Below the pieces are notes generated by a model. The model did not search any database. It had not been told where the DNA came from and saw only the letters and a program-made list of their open reading frames with translations. From Felis catus (Eukaryota), in the NCBI RefSeq assembly GCF_018350175.1, contig NC_058368.1, forward strand, positions 223,202,001 through 223,266,000: a stretch of DNA of 64,000 nucleotides. Direction: 5' to 3'. Shown piece by piece: positions 37,840 through 51,419 of the stretch. Both the position numbers and the translations under genes were made by a program. Every line of letters begins with the position of its first letter. The stretch's first letter is position 1.

Positions 37840-39520
37840 CCCAGCCCACTCCAGTCTAGCATCTGGCCTCATCCCTACACTGCAGTGATTCTGTTTAAGG
37901 TGACCATGTCCTCCAGGTGACTAAATCCATGGTACTTTTCAGTTTGCAGCCCCCTTAATCTGTTAGAGTCTCACACACTGGTGTATCTGTCTGCCTTCTT
38001 CCAGAAAACTTCATGTGAAGTCAACGAACGTGCCCCCTCCTTTGCACTTTCCTCTGTGGCTGCTCCGTTTCAATCAGCTTTGCTCTCAGAGAGCTTTTAA
38101 ATGTTGTGGATCCTTAACAACCAGAGGATCCTGGGTCTCTTGTTTTCTTACTCCCTGCTCTCTTCCTGAAAAGTCTCACACATGCCTTTAACCATGACCT
38201 AGAATCGATGAGTCCTAAAGCATATGTCTAACCCAGACCCCTTCTCTGGATTGCAGAGCCTTAAATCTAGCAGCTCAGGCTGACCCCACTACTTAGAATC
38301 TCAAAGGCAGCTCAAGTTCCACCACATCTGGAATGTGGTTCCCCCCCAGCACCCACCAACCTAAATATACAGGCTCTTCCGTGGTTCCTTTTGTCTAAGA
38401 CATCTATTACGCTGGCAGGTTCTCTAAAAATAAATGCTTGGCAATGCACTCCCTCCTCTTACATTTGGTTCATCTCCTCTATGGGTGTTGTTTTTGCTTG
38501 GATCACTACAACAAACTACTATAGACCAAGTAGCATACAGAATGTTTACTTCTCAAGGTTCTGGACACTGGGAACTTCATGGAGGTGCCGGCAGATTTAC
38601 TTCTGTTGAGAGACCTCTTTCTGGCTTGCCAACAGCTGCCTCCTTGCTGTCCTCAGGTGGCATGGAAAAAGTGAACCCTGGTGTCTTCTTCTCTCTTAAG
38701 GACACCGTCTCATCATGGTGGCCCCATCCTCATGATCTCACCTAAACCTCATTACCTCCCCAAAGTCCTTCTCCCAAACATTATTATATTAGGGGTGAGG
38801 TCTTTAACCTATGGATTTTGAAGGTACATTCAGTCCCTAACAGGTGTTATCTCCTAATGATCTCTGGAATCTGTTTTCTTCTCTGTATCTTCCAGCAGTA
38901 CACTCTTTCAAAGCACCATCTTTTTTTTATTTTGGACTCATACCCCCCACCCCATTTCTTGTTACACTAAGAGAATGAAGACATTTTTAATAAGAATATG
39001 CATAGAATTGTCACTGAGAATTGTCACTGTTTGGGGCTAAGAACATAATCTAAAAGATGGGGTGGAGCTGGCACCCAGTAGGACTCCAGCTCCTGTCCCT
39101 GGCTGACTTCCCCTCCCCCACCTCTTGCTCTTTCAAGAGTCAGCCACAATAGCTTTCCTTCAGTTGCTTAATGCTTACAGGAGTTTGATAATGTTCTACC
39201 TCTACCTGGCATGTTTCCTCTGCTTCCAGTCTGTTTACCTGGTAGGTATCTACTTGTTTTTATCACATCAGCTGAGATGTCACATCTGAATGAATGCTGT
39301 CCCCAGACCAGAGTAAATCGTCCTTCCTATATTTCCACTGTACATTTTTCCTCCGGAATTTAGAATATTTTAGACAACAATTTGATGATTATTGGGTTGA
39401 TATCTGTCTATACCCCACTGCCCAGACTATCGGATCCAAAAGAGCAGTGTCTTGGCACATGTTTTGTCTCCAAGTCTAGAACCCACCATGTAACTTACTC
39501 AAATACTTTTGAATAGATCG
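37840..39520 (+). mobile_element. L2 LINE remnant split by MLT1A-like LTR
   Basis: Sense L2 phrases (CCACTCCAGTCTAGC, GACTAAATCCATGG, CCCAGACCCCTTCTCTGG, CAGCCACAATAGCTTTCCTTCAG). Confidence 0.7.
38489..38842 (-). mobile_element. MLT1A-like solo MaLR LTR
   Basis: TG...CA termini, perfect 5-bp TSD GGTGT, 354 bp, CTCATGATCTCACCTAAACCTCATTACCTCCC and ATTCAGTCCCTAACA motifs. Confidence 0.88.
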
Positions 39521-40758
39521 TTGTATTATGTGCTGCCTTCAGACATGTTTACATCCTTATTTGACTTTTGTAGTACAATATATTCTTAGAGTGCTTATGT
39601 TGACTCGGAGTTTCTTTGCTATCATGTCTATAAAGCTTATTAATTATTAACGTAAGTAAAGAGTATTGATTGCCTAGAAATATCTCTGACCATATCCATT
39701 TGTGTATCCATAATAAGTGAACTTACATACGATGGTGCAGCTGTGATAGTCGAATTCTGAAGATAGAAAAAGCAAATAAATTCCCACAGCATCAGTTCAT
39801 AATACAGAGCTTAATGGAGCACAGGCCACTGTTGCTGCTTCCTTAAGGAAAATGTGCTTGTTTTCACTTTGGGGTAATCTAAACCTGGATAGAGTCATTT
39901 TTATTCAGGTAGCTGAGACACTTTAAAAAGAATGATTGTGGTGTTGCTAACTAATTTGGGTTCCGGTTCACTAGGATGTATTTCATAGTATATTGTATTT
40001 CCTCAATAAATGTAAATAACACCAATTTGCAAGCAGTACTTTTTATACTTCCCCCTTATCACATCCCATTTTGACCGCAGTTATTGAGCAACAGAGGGAC
40101 TGATTTATTTCCTGAGAAGAAATAAACCATCCACGTTTTGAAGGTCAACCGATACATTAGCAGAAGAGAAAATCTATTTCATGGACCCCTAAAGGTGGTT
40201 GACCACAGCAAAAAAGAACTCACAGACTGCACGGAAGTCACTGGTCATGTATACAAGAGAAAAGGCAAATGGCATATGATTTTGGCACATATGAAATGAC
40301 ACATATTTTAAGTTCTATAATATAGTAATTGCCTGTGAAAGAAAAACAGAAGAGGGTACAAGGCATCCTCACACCATGTGTATTTTTTTGGGGTTATTGA
40401 ATCTATTGTGTATTTATTGTCACATAATATTGGGTGGGAGGATATATGCATCTGCTATCAGTTTGTAAAGACAGATGATAGTTAGAAATGATATTCTTGC
40501 TGTTACGATGACCATTTCAGTGAAGGCAAATTTAAAATAGGCACCAAATAGGTTTACATTTGTTTTTGATTAGTATCCTTTTTTGCAAACCTGGAGTAAA
40601 TGATAATGCAAGAGAATACTAACTGCACCAACAGACATCAACACTTGTGTGTTTTTTATTATTTATTTGGTTATTATTACTTTTTTTTTTTGCTCTTTGA
40701 TGTGTTGGATATCTTTGGCATAAGATTTCTAATGCAATAATAATTAAAATGTAACACT

Positions 40759-40922
40759 GAGGCACCTGGGTGACTCAGTTGGTTAAGCGTCTGACTTTGG
40801 CCTAGGTCATGATCTGACAGTTCAGGAATTGGAGCCCCACAACAGGCTCTGCACTCTCACCTTGGAGCCTGCTTCGGATCCTCTGTCTCCCTCTCTCTCT
40901 GCCCCTTCCTGGCTCTCACTTG

Positions 40923-40953
<31 letters not shown>

Positions 40954-41010
40954 TCTTTCTCAAAAATAAATAAACATTGAAATACAATACATAAAATGAA
41001 GTAAAATAAA
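40759..41010 (+). mobile_element. CAN-SINE
   Basis: SINEC head, CT tract, A-rich tail; imperfect TSD ...GTAACA. Confidence 0.92.
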
Positions 41011-43160
41011 AGAGTAACATTTACCAAAGAGTTTTGGTTTATCAAAAATGCAGAAAGCTCTTGCCTTGTTTCATGTACCCTTACAACCACTCTATAGATT
41101 TACTATTTAGGCAGCTGAGCTACTTTAAAAAAAATGATGGAGCTGCTGCTGACTCATTTAGGTTCTAGTTCACTGAGACGGAAAGTAGAAACCACAAATT
41201 TCTCTTCTCCGCACGATGATAATTCTCATTTTGTAGTTAACAAAGCTAATGTTTCTGAGGTGAAGACATATGTCCAACATAGCAGCATGGGGCTAATATG
41301 AACCCGCGTCTGACCAGCTGACGCCTATGTCTCCACCCTTACCCACCACACTTGTTCCTCTCCCTCTTAGCATAAATATTCAACCTAATAACCGAACATT
41401 AATATTTTTATTGTACTATGGATTTAGGGAAACTACTCTAGCCAGGAGATTTCAATATTAGATTTTTCATTAGTATTCAGGGCTGAGAAAATATAATTAA
41501 ATTTACCACTGTAAATAATTGTCCTTATACTACTACTTACTTGGAAGAACTGGAAATCTCAGCTCGAATGAAACTAGGTCACACGACTGGCCGCTGGTTA
41601 CTGCTGTCTTTGGCATGCACAAACAGTGTGCTCTATCAGGAAGAGCTGTCAATAACCTGCAAAGACGTGAATAAATTCCAGATTTCTCTTTAAACATTTC
41701 CATATCCTTCAACTGCCACAAGGCAGAGCTCCTAAAATTACACGAGTCCTTGGTTCAACAATAAGATTTTACTGTAGACAATATTAATGTTCTTCGTGAC
41801 TACTTTTTTCTCACTATATAAAAATAATATAGAATTTTCTCCTGATTTCTCCCTGTACATACATAATTTTAGGTTAAGGTTATAAAAGATGTTCTTACTA
41901 CAGAAAACATTTTTAATTAAAGTTTTTATGTATGGTTAAGAAACATTTTCATTGTCAATATTAGAACTCATTGAAACAATCTTGCTTTGAGTTGTATGAG
42001 TATTTGAATTTCATTTCTCATTGAACATTTAGTAGTATTCTATTGGCTTTTTTCCCATTCAAAAAAAAGTAATGAGTGATCAGGTACTTCTGACAGTTTT
42101 TATAGTGATAGTAAATAAGCCATGAAACAAGATTTTTGTTTCCTTACCCAAGAAGAGAAGAAGGCAAGGCAATGACTAGTCTTTCATTGTTGCTAGGATA
42201 CCTCGTTGAAAAATAATAAAAGCAAATTATATATTAGACACTTCTGATGAACTCTTCCTTATCTACATTCAAAGACTATACAGCATGCATATCAAGTCAC
42301 TATAATTATAAGATATTATTTCATTTTAAGTCAGAAATATAAAGATTACTCCTAAAGTACTGAATGAGTAGTAGTTGAAAATTTCGATATTTATGAATTT
42401 CAAGAAAGTGTAATAATCTCTGAACTTAGTAAATTTCCTAAGTAAAAAACCCAGGCTAAGTACAATGATATAATTTTATACCAGTTTATTTTTTAATATT
42501 ATTTTTCTAATTTTTTTAAGATCGATTAGTTGTGGTCAAGAAGTAAAGAATATTATCAGAAACTGTGGAAGTGAAAAAGAACAGTAAAAATATATCATCA
42601 TAATTTCTTTAGCTTTATAAAGTTAAATTATAATACTATATTTCTAACCAAGTACAGAATATAGTATTTGTTAATTTACAGAAACAGGTTTAGTAGACAG
42701 CATTTGTCAAATATATATAACAGTAGAATTTTAATGGAGATAACTGGATGGACTTGTATTTTTAAGATACTGAAGGGAAGGTGGCCACAAAGAGAAACAT
42801 AAAATAATACATTTTCTTTATTTTTTTTTTTATTTTGAGTTAGTAGACAATTTTGAGCAATCACCATTTTCTGTTTAAATTTCAGGCATCTTATGGTAGA
42901 CCAAACACTGTTATTTATCATTAATTATTAAACATTGGAAATTTCCTTTACTCATTGATCTTTAGTTATTTATAAAGTGATATATCGCCATAATTTAGTT
43001 ACCAACTACTGACAGTTGGTTTATATGAAAGCTTAGGGAAACAGACAGACTTGGACAGACGATTGTTGTATTTTGATTTCTTGTTGGTTTTGTCATTACG
43101 TTGGTCCAATCATGGATATATTTATATTCTCAAACATTCTGGATTTGATAATTGATCTTA

Positions 43161-43339
43161 GGGTTGCCTGGATGGCTCAATTGGTTAAGCTTCCAACTCT
43201 TGGTTTTGGCTCAGGTCATGATCTCACAGTTCATGAGTTTGAACTCTGAATTGGAATCTGCCTCGGGATTCTCTCTCTCTCTGCTCCTTCCACACGCACT
43301 TTCTCTCTCTCAAAATAAGTATATAAAATTTAAAAAATA
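43161..43339 (+). mobile_element. Older CAN-SINE (internal deletion)
   Basis: TSD GATAA(T/A)TGATCTTA. Confidence 0.88.
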
Positions 43340-44423
43340 GATAAATGATCTTAGACTGATGCATCTTTGACCACATATGCCATTTACATTGTATCCATGC
43401 TATTTTGAATAGGTGAGTTGGTACACTTTTCTGAATATGCTTCTCGGAAATTCACAAGTTCGAATAGTACTTCAGCACTATCCTGTGTAAAGTCTTGGAA
43501 TATTGGATACTGTCAGTGGTTCACTTTGATAATATTTACAATTAAAAGAAGCCTAGGATAAGGGCTTGCAAATCAGTATGCTGCCAAGTAATAGAACACC
43601 TCAGTGGTAATAATGTTGTTTAGGTTAATGAGAAATATCTCTAATAAGGACAAACTATTTTATACATTGTCTAGATGTAGATATGTTCAATTTGGAAAAG
43701 AACAAAATTTCAGTAGGTACTGTGCATGAAACTTTAAACTTTTTAACGTATATTGCACATTTAAACTTAAACCAGAAGGATCAAGGGGTAGATTGTTTAT
43801 TTAAAAGTGTTTGTTTGCTTGCTTTGTTTTTTAATGACAGTATGAGAATGATATAAAGCCCACAGATTACCTTTTCCAGTCCTATGAAATCCCTGCTCTC
43901 ATAGAATTTGTACCAAGTGCTATTAATTATTTTTACATCTGATATCACTAAATATATGAGAACTATTGACATCTGGTTTTCATTTTTCAGACGATTAGCT
44001 CTTCATTAAATAATGGATTCTTTCTTCTGCTATCTCTAGGGACTATTACATTGACTATTAATTTCTGAAAACATACATTGTTGAGGAGTATGTTAATGGT
44101 AGAGGAAGGAAATATTTCATTCATGTTTACAGATAAGTGTACTAGCTTCTGAATGTAATTATTTACAAAAAAAAAATACAAGTGGTGTTATTAAGGATAC
44201 TGAGCCTTGTTGCTTACATCTAGGATTTCCCAACTTGAAAAAGCATTTTAATAATACCAATTGCAGTAAATGCTATATAAGTCTAATTGCTGTTTGTTAG
44301 TTTTTCTCTGGATTTTCTGCTACCAGTCATTTTTAATAAGTTACAAGCCCTGGTCAATTTGAATATAGTTGTTTTGTGACCTAAGATTCAACTGGTCTGT
44401 ACTGACACTTCACATTGCCTTTT

Positions 44424-44625
44424 GAAAAAACTTTTTTTTTTTGGCATTTATTTATTTTTTCAGAAGGGGAGAGGCAGAGATAGAGAGAGTCACGGAACCT
44501 GTAGCAGGATCCAGGCTCTGAGCTGTCAGCACAGAGCCCAACGTGGGGCTCAAACTCACAAACCGTGAGATCATGACCTGAGCCAAAGTCGGGATGCTTA
44601 CCCAGCTGAGCCACCCAGGTGCCCG
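44424..44625 (-). mobile_element. CAN-SINE (SINEC_Fc-type)
   Basis: Perfect 15-bp TSD TTCACATTGCCTTTT. Confidence 0.95.
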
Positions 44626-45979
44626 TTCACATTGCCTTTTTTAATATTAAAAATGTGTATAGAAGCAAAGAAGTAAGCCATTAGGTTTTTTAGCTTACCT
44701 ATAGCTAGTGCTGACTACTGCTTTTTGATGAAAGATCAGAACAATTTTTGGAAAGTGGCTTTCATGCTAAATTGCAAATTATACATATACATAGAAATCA
44801 CCTAAATTTATAATAAAAGTGCTCTGGTTCTAAATGTATTGTAACTCATTCCTTGTCCCATTGCCAGCATTTTTAATGAACTATTCATAAAAATAATGAA
44901 TTGCAATCGTCCCCAAATGGCAAACAGGTTGTGCTCTACAAGTTCATTTGTAAGCCACTGTTAGAGTTTGGAACATATTTCCTCATAAAACCTGTGTGAT
45001 GAATGTGGTTAGGACACAAAGCCAACCTGCAAGATTCTACCTAAATCAAAATGTAATTAAAATGTAGCACCAGTATTATTCTAGAACCTGGCCGTGATTT
45101 ATCCAGCTGCTTCTTTGGGAAACAGTTCCCAGTTTCTAACTTGGACATTGGAATACTTGAACTTCACCTTTCTTCTCCATATCTCCAATCGTTCCCAGAA
45201 TCCTCCCTGCCTTTCTCCAGCCCCACCTTTCAGAAGCTCCCACTTCAATAATATAAATGGAGGTCCTTTATCAGTGTGGAGAAAGATCTCTTGGCCAGAA
45301 ACCATTTGCAGTTATAAGATCTTTATAAAAACTATGGTATCTCTGGCACTTGGCTTTAAGACTGTATTCTGTATTGTGGTCATCTTGCTATACGTGCATT
45401 TTTCTAGAAAGCGCATCTACAATTGTCATCATATTCTCAGAGGAATTAAAGACTGTCTTTCCCAACAAAACAAAGGTATGGTTTTGTAAATACAGGAAAG
45501 TAAACCATATTACACTTAGCTCATAATCAAATTGACTCTGTGGGTATCAATATATAATGGGATTGATTGTAAGAGTATACTTCAAGATTATAGATCTAAC
45601 ATTTGTTTTTTCAGATGAGAAAAGCAAAAGCCAAAAGCAGTACCCATTTAGCCTAGCTTATGCGTTTAGCTAGTTTACAAAACTAAACACAGAGCAATGG
45701 TATTGTTTCACGTTACCTGAAAACATATGTATAAAAAAGATTTGTTTTCTTTTTTGTTTTTTTTCTTTTTCTTTTTTGCCACTGATAACATTTTCCTAAG
45801 GTAGTTACATATACTTGCATCATATACCCTTAATTGCCTCCCCACGTTCTTGATCCTAACAAGTTTTGACAACTTGAGGTCACACATATTAATCTCAGTG
45901 CTTTCCTATCTACTATTAAATTGTGTTGTTTATCGGATAAAGACTCTTATAAAATGGGGCAACTTAATCGTATAGCACA

Positions 45980-46086
45980 GGGCGCCTGGGGGGCTCAGTT
46001 AGTTAAGCGTCCAACTTCGGCTCAGGTCATGATCTTTAGGCTTATGGGTTCAAGTCCCACGTTGGGCTGTGAGCTGACAGCCTGGA

Positions 46087-46136
<50 letters not shown>

Positions 46137-46201
46137 GCCCCTCCACTGCTTGCACTCTGTCTCTGTCTCTCAAAAATAAACATTAAAAAGATTAAAAAAT
46201 A
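45980..46201 (+). mobile_element. CAN-SINE with internal deletion and (CT)n expansion
   Basis: SINEC head and tail; (CT)n at ~46092-46130. Confidence 0.9.
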
Positions 46202-47329
46202 TATCATATCACACAAAAGGAATCCAAGTATGTATTTCAATGATCTTATTCAGCCAGTGACAAAAAAATATACATAGGAAGATTGTACTTTCTGAGCAAA
46301 AGTCCATTTTGTTGGTGTGTGCTTTGAACGGAACTCACCATGTGCTCGGAGGTAATGGGAGGAAGGTGGGGACGTTTTTTTTTCTCTCTTAGAATCAAGC
46401 AGAATCTTCTTCAGATGTTTGAGTGAGTTCTGAATGAATGCACATTGCAAAATTCTGTTCAGATTGCTTAAAGGTCCAGGTTTTCAGGAGGAATCCAAAA
46501 CAAAAACCCTCTGTTTCCATTACTGAAAATACTAGCATGAGGGCTTAAGCTTGCCATTACAGCTTTAAAAATGTTCCTAATATGTCATTATTTTGAGTTT
46601 TCACTACCAAAATAGGGGTAGGTTGCTTTGTTCATAATAAAACACATACTTTTTTTTTTCCACTTACCTGTTCAAAATCAGTTAGAATCTAGCAGATAAC
46701 AAAGGTCACTCTCAGCATTACTTGGGAAGAAAGGGAGAAGAGGGTACTGTTCCTGATCAGATGAATCACCTACACAATAAAAATGCTAACCGTGGTATTA
46801 GAAATTCTGAGGCTAAAAATATTATGACTTAACACTTTCCCTTTCAATTTTAGACTTAAAATGTCTCATGCTTTATTATGGTATGGAGATGTGTTACATT
46901 CCATGACTAGATTAATAGCTCTTTCTTTATCTGAGTTTTATACAGGTTGGAAAGATCTACTAAAATTATCCAAGTTAAACCCTGGTTGGGGAAAGCTGTT
47001 GTATAGAGATATAGAGGAGTTATTTTAATTTTTTATTTCTTTTCTTTTAAAGAGTTTAACATAAAAGACATATTTGAAATTGTACTCAAAATGAAAATGG
47101 TAAAATTATAATATGTGCCATGTATCCTATATGACCCTATACGTTTGGTATAGTACCGCGTACTTGATAGAATTAAACATTATTTTTCTATATTTTGCAC
47201 TTCTCTCTAAAATATAGTTAAGTAAGACCTGGTTTTAAGAATGGGAAGATAAAGTTCTGAGAGATAAAGCAATACGTTATGTCCCCACACTCTGTGCTCT
47301 TTGTGTCTATATTCGTTTTCCTCAAGGTG

Positions 47330-47838
47330 GCAGGTTAAAACAACGTTTATTATCTCACAGATTCTGAGGGCTTGGAGTCTGGGAGTGGGCATCTGCGTGG
47401 TTCTTGCTCAGCGTCTCTCACAAGAGTACAGTTGGCTTGGCCCGCTCTCATCTGAAGGCTCTATTAGGACCAGAGAATCCACTTCAAAGCTCACTTGCCT
47501 GGTTGTTGGCAGGCTTCATTTCCTTGCTGGCTGCTGGACTGTGGTCCCCCCAGCTCTTTACCTCCTGGGCTTCTCTGTAAAGCAGCTCAGAAAATGGTGG
47601 CTGATTTCCCTGAGAATGAGTGATCCAAGAGGGAGGCTGGAATGGAGGAAGATAGAGAACTCAAGATGAAAACAGCCTTCTAGTAACAATCCTGCAAGTG
47701 ACCTGCCATCATTTCTGCCATATTCTGGTTTTAGAATCAGCCACTAAGTCTATCATACAATCAAAGAGTCAGAAATGATTCTCCACTCTTGTTAGGACAG
47801 GATTAGAACATTTGCGGCTATATTTTTAAGACTCCCAC
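47330..47838 (-). mobile_element. MLT1 (MaLR) LTR remnant
   Basis: TTAAAACAACGTTTATTATCTCACAGATTCTGAGGG, AGAATCCACTTCAAAGCTCACT, CATCATTTCTGCCATATTCT. Confidence 0.8.
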
Positions 47839-48082
47839 ACTACTGTTACAGACTTCTTCCATATGTGTTTTGTCATGTGTAAACTACCATGATTTTTTTT
47901 TCCTCTGAGGATTATGAACACATTTAACTTGAAGTCAGTATTGCCTAATATATTTATACAAAATAGAAGTGAATTTACACTATGATGTCTTAAATATATG
48001 GGTTCAGGTTGAATACAGGTCATATCATGGGATTATTCTGAGAGAGAGGAACTAATTATTTCCTTGTATTAAATTAATGTAT

Positions 48083-48305
48083 GGGGTGCCTGGGTGGTTC
48101 AGTTGGTTAAGCCTCCGACTTCGGCTCAGGTCATGATCTGCCAGTTTGTGAGTTCAAACCCTGCATCCGGCTCTGTGCTGACAGCTCAGAGCCTGGAGCC
48201 TGCTTCCAATTCTGTGACTCCCTCTCTCTCTGCCCCTCCCCTGCTTGCACTCTGTCTTTCAAAAATAAATGAACATTAAAAAATGTTTAAGTATCTAAAA
48301 ATAAA
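48083..48305 (+). mobile_element. CAN-SINE
   Basis: Full SINEC body. Confidence 0.93.
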
Positions 48306-49308
48306 GTAATATACATGTTTTTTATTTGGTTTTTTGATTGAAACACTGGGAGCTATACCGCAATATTTTTCTTGCTTTAAACATCATGTGAAAAAATACT
48401 TATCCAGTAATAGAATATGTGATAATGTCAGTTACGTTTATTTCACAAGATGCCATAATATTAAGTAGAGAAAAGATCAACACAGGGTTTATTTTTGAGT
48501 CTAACATTTTGTTTATAGAGTATCTTTATCCGATATTTCAAATTCTACCAGGAAATATATTCTGATTTTATGTTTCATAGATATTTTAATGCTTTTTAAG
48601 TGAACTTTAATATTAAATATATTTCAGAGACATACCATATCATACTTAAGTACTTATTTCTTCCAAACTAAGTGAGAAGCCCAGACCATCTGAAAATTGG
48701 AAATGTCCAAATGAGATTTAAGACTTATTCTCAAAGGCTCGTTTTGCTTCCACTGCAATTAATGTAAGGGATTTAAATGTAAGTAGATAAATTGAGGGAT
48801 AATTAGTTTGTCTCATTTTAAAATGAAGAAAGATTTCCTGGAAAAGGTGAAACAGAAAAGATCCAGTAACAAAAATGAAGATGCATGATTGTGTTTTCTT
48901 CTATTAAATTTATAAGATGATTGAAACCAAGAAAGAAACTTCTTTCTTGAATAATAGCCATTTTAAAAAGTAATTACATAAGATAAAAGTAACAGATTTA
49001 CTTTTAGAAAACTGTGGGTTTATGTTTATAGCAGATAGTCATCAACGTATCAAAACATGACTCCCAAAATCTTCTCTAGTATATTAATAATTATGACAAA
49101 ATAATAATATAGGCTATAATTTAAGACAAGACCATCAAATCTTATGTGATTATTTTATTTTGCAAATTTTATAAAAGAGTAAATTAAGTATCAAAGAATT
49201 AAATTTCCCAAGGCTTAAAAGCCAAGTCAAGATTTTAACATGGTCTGCTCGATTCCATTTACTCAGATAATAATTTTGGAAGGACCCTCTTCTGTAAAGG
49301 CTTTATTG

Positions 49309-49313
<5 letters not shown>

Positions 49314-49352
<39 letters not shown>

Positions 49353-49444
49353 CATATATATATATACACATATATATATATACACACACACATATATATG
49401 TATGTATACATACACATATACATATGTATACATATATATATATA
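49314..49444. repeat. (CA)n/(TA)n compound microsatellite
   Basis: Direct reading. Confidence 0.95.
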
Positions 49445-50149
49445 TTTCTTAAAGAGGAGGAAAGTCAGTTATGCAGTAAAAACATAACAACTTATAAAAT
49501 CTTAGTACTGAAGTATATGTCTAAAACTCAAGAGAACAGATAATGAAAAAAAGAGTAACACTGATCATAACGATGACACTGTTATTATTACGATTGTATA
49601 TTTAAGTAGACTCAATATTACCATTGTATATTTAAGTGGATTCACCCCATTTGTAACATGCTATTTCACTTAGCAATGATTTCTCCTCATTTCCACATAA
49701 TTAAGTGTTCACCTACTATATTATTTTTATTGACTCATTATTCCTATACAAGCAACCTTTTATTAGTGATTATTTTCCCTAAATTTTCAATAAGCAACAT
49801 TGGGATGAATCTCCATAAAACTCTGTATTTATACATATCATTGATTAAGTCTATATAATGCATTCTAAAATTTGGAATATATTTCCTAGCATTATTATAA
49901 GCCAATTAGAAGATGTGATGTATTGATAAGTTTTTGTTCATAATAGCAGTAATTGGTGATATACATGTGAAATTAAGAAAATAATCTGACCAAAATTTTG
50001 CAGGACCTATATACAAAAAAATAGAAAATTTGAGATTTTTTTGATGGTAATAAATACTGAATAAGTATGAAGATATAGCATACTCCTACATTTTATAATC
50101 CAAAATAACAAGGATAAAAATATTTCCAAGTCTATAAATTTAGTACCAT

Positions 50150-51150
50150 CATGTTTTTACATTTTCTTTATATCATAAACAGAATTGTTCACTATGTACT
50201 ATTATATGCTTTTTTTCTGTAGTTGTTTTTTGTCATTTAACTTAATTTTTAAGTGACCATCCATGGTTATACATACAATTATAGTAATTTCATTATTTCT
50301 CTATAATATTGGTATATATGAATATAAAAGCAGTTAATCATAAAAAGGTAGATGACTTTTGGTCATTTCCAGTTTAGTAGTAGTATGAATATTGTTCTAA
50401 ACATGTGTGTATGAACTTCTGTTGGATGTATATATACACATATATACATATGCATATGAGTGATTTGAATTGTGGAGTATAAATAATATGTATATTTAAC
50501 TTTATTAGATAGTACAAAACAGTTTTTCAAAATGGATGTATTTAAATTTATTGTCAGTGTAAGAAAATTTCAATTTGTCTACAACCTATCACCCAGTATT
50601 GACTTCCTTTTCAATGATAACCATTTTGATGGGTTTATACTTGGTATCACATTGTGGTTTTAGTTCACATTTCTTTGATGACTAATGGACCTAATCATTG
50701 TTTTGTGTTTATTGCTTATTTAGATATGCTCTCTTGGGGCGCCTGGGTGGCTCAATCAGTTGAGCTTCTGACTTCAGCTCAGGTCATGATCTCACACTCC
50801 GTGAGTTCGAGCCCCACGTCAGGCTCTGTGCTGACAGTTCAGAGCCTGGAGCCCGCTTCAGATTCTGTGTCTCCCCCTCTCTCTGCCCCTCCCCTGCTCA
50901 TGCTCTGTCTCTCTGTCTCAAAAATAAATAAAAACATTTAAAAAAATTAAAAAAATATATATTCTCTCTTGCGAAGACATTCTGTTTAATGATTGCCTTT
51001 CCATTCTTTTAATGTTCTTTTTGTTTGTTTTTTAGAAATTACGTTTCTTAATTTTAATATATTTTAATTCTTTTTCTTGTGATTTACATGTTTTTTTTTT
51101 TTTTGTATTGTGTTTTATATTTGCATACCTTAAGGTCATGAAGATACTCT
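50150..51150 (-). mobile_element. Ancient L1 (L1ME-like) fragment
   Basis: TTTGGTCATTTCCAGTTT, CATTGTGGTTTTAGTTCACATTTCTTTGATGACTAATG, AAGGTCATGAAGATACTCTC. Confidence 0.65.
50736..50955 (+). mobile_element. CAN-SINE (SINEC_Fc-type) inserted in L1
   Basis: Full body; imperfect TSD ATAT(G/T)CTCTCTT. Confidence 0.95.
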
Positions 51151-51199
51151 CTAGTTTTTTTTTTTTCCTCAATAGTTTTAGGTGAAATAACTACATCAC

Positions 51200-51404
51200 T
51201 TTTTAAAATTTTAGTAATTTATTTTGATAGAGAGAGAGTTCAATTGAAGGGGGACAGAGAAAGAAGTGGGGAGAGAATCCTAATCAGGCTCCATGCTGTC
51301 AGCGCAGAGCCAGATGCAGGGCTTGATCCCACAAACCGTGAGATCATGACCTGAGCCAAAATCAAGTGTTGGACATTTAACCAACTGAGCCACTCAGGTG
51401 CCCC
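51200..51404 (-). mobile_element. Older CAN-SINE
   Basis: SINEC body ending GAGCCACTCAGGTGCCCC on +. Confidence 0.88.
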
Positions 51405-51419
51405 TCTATCTCTTGTTCA

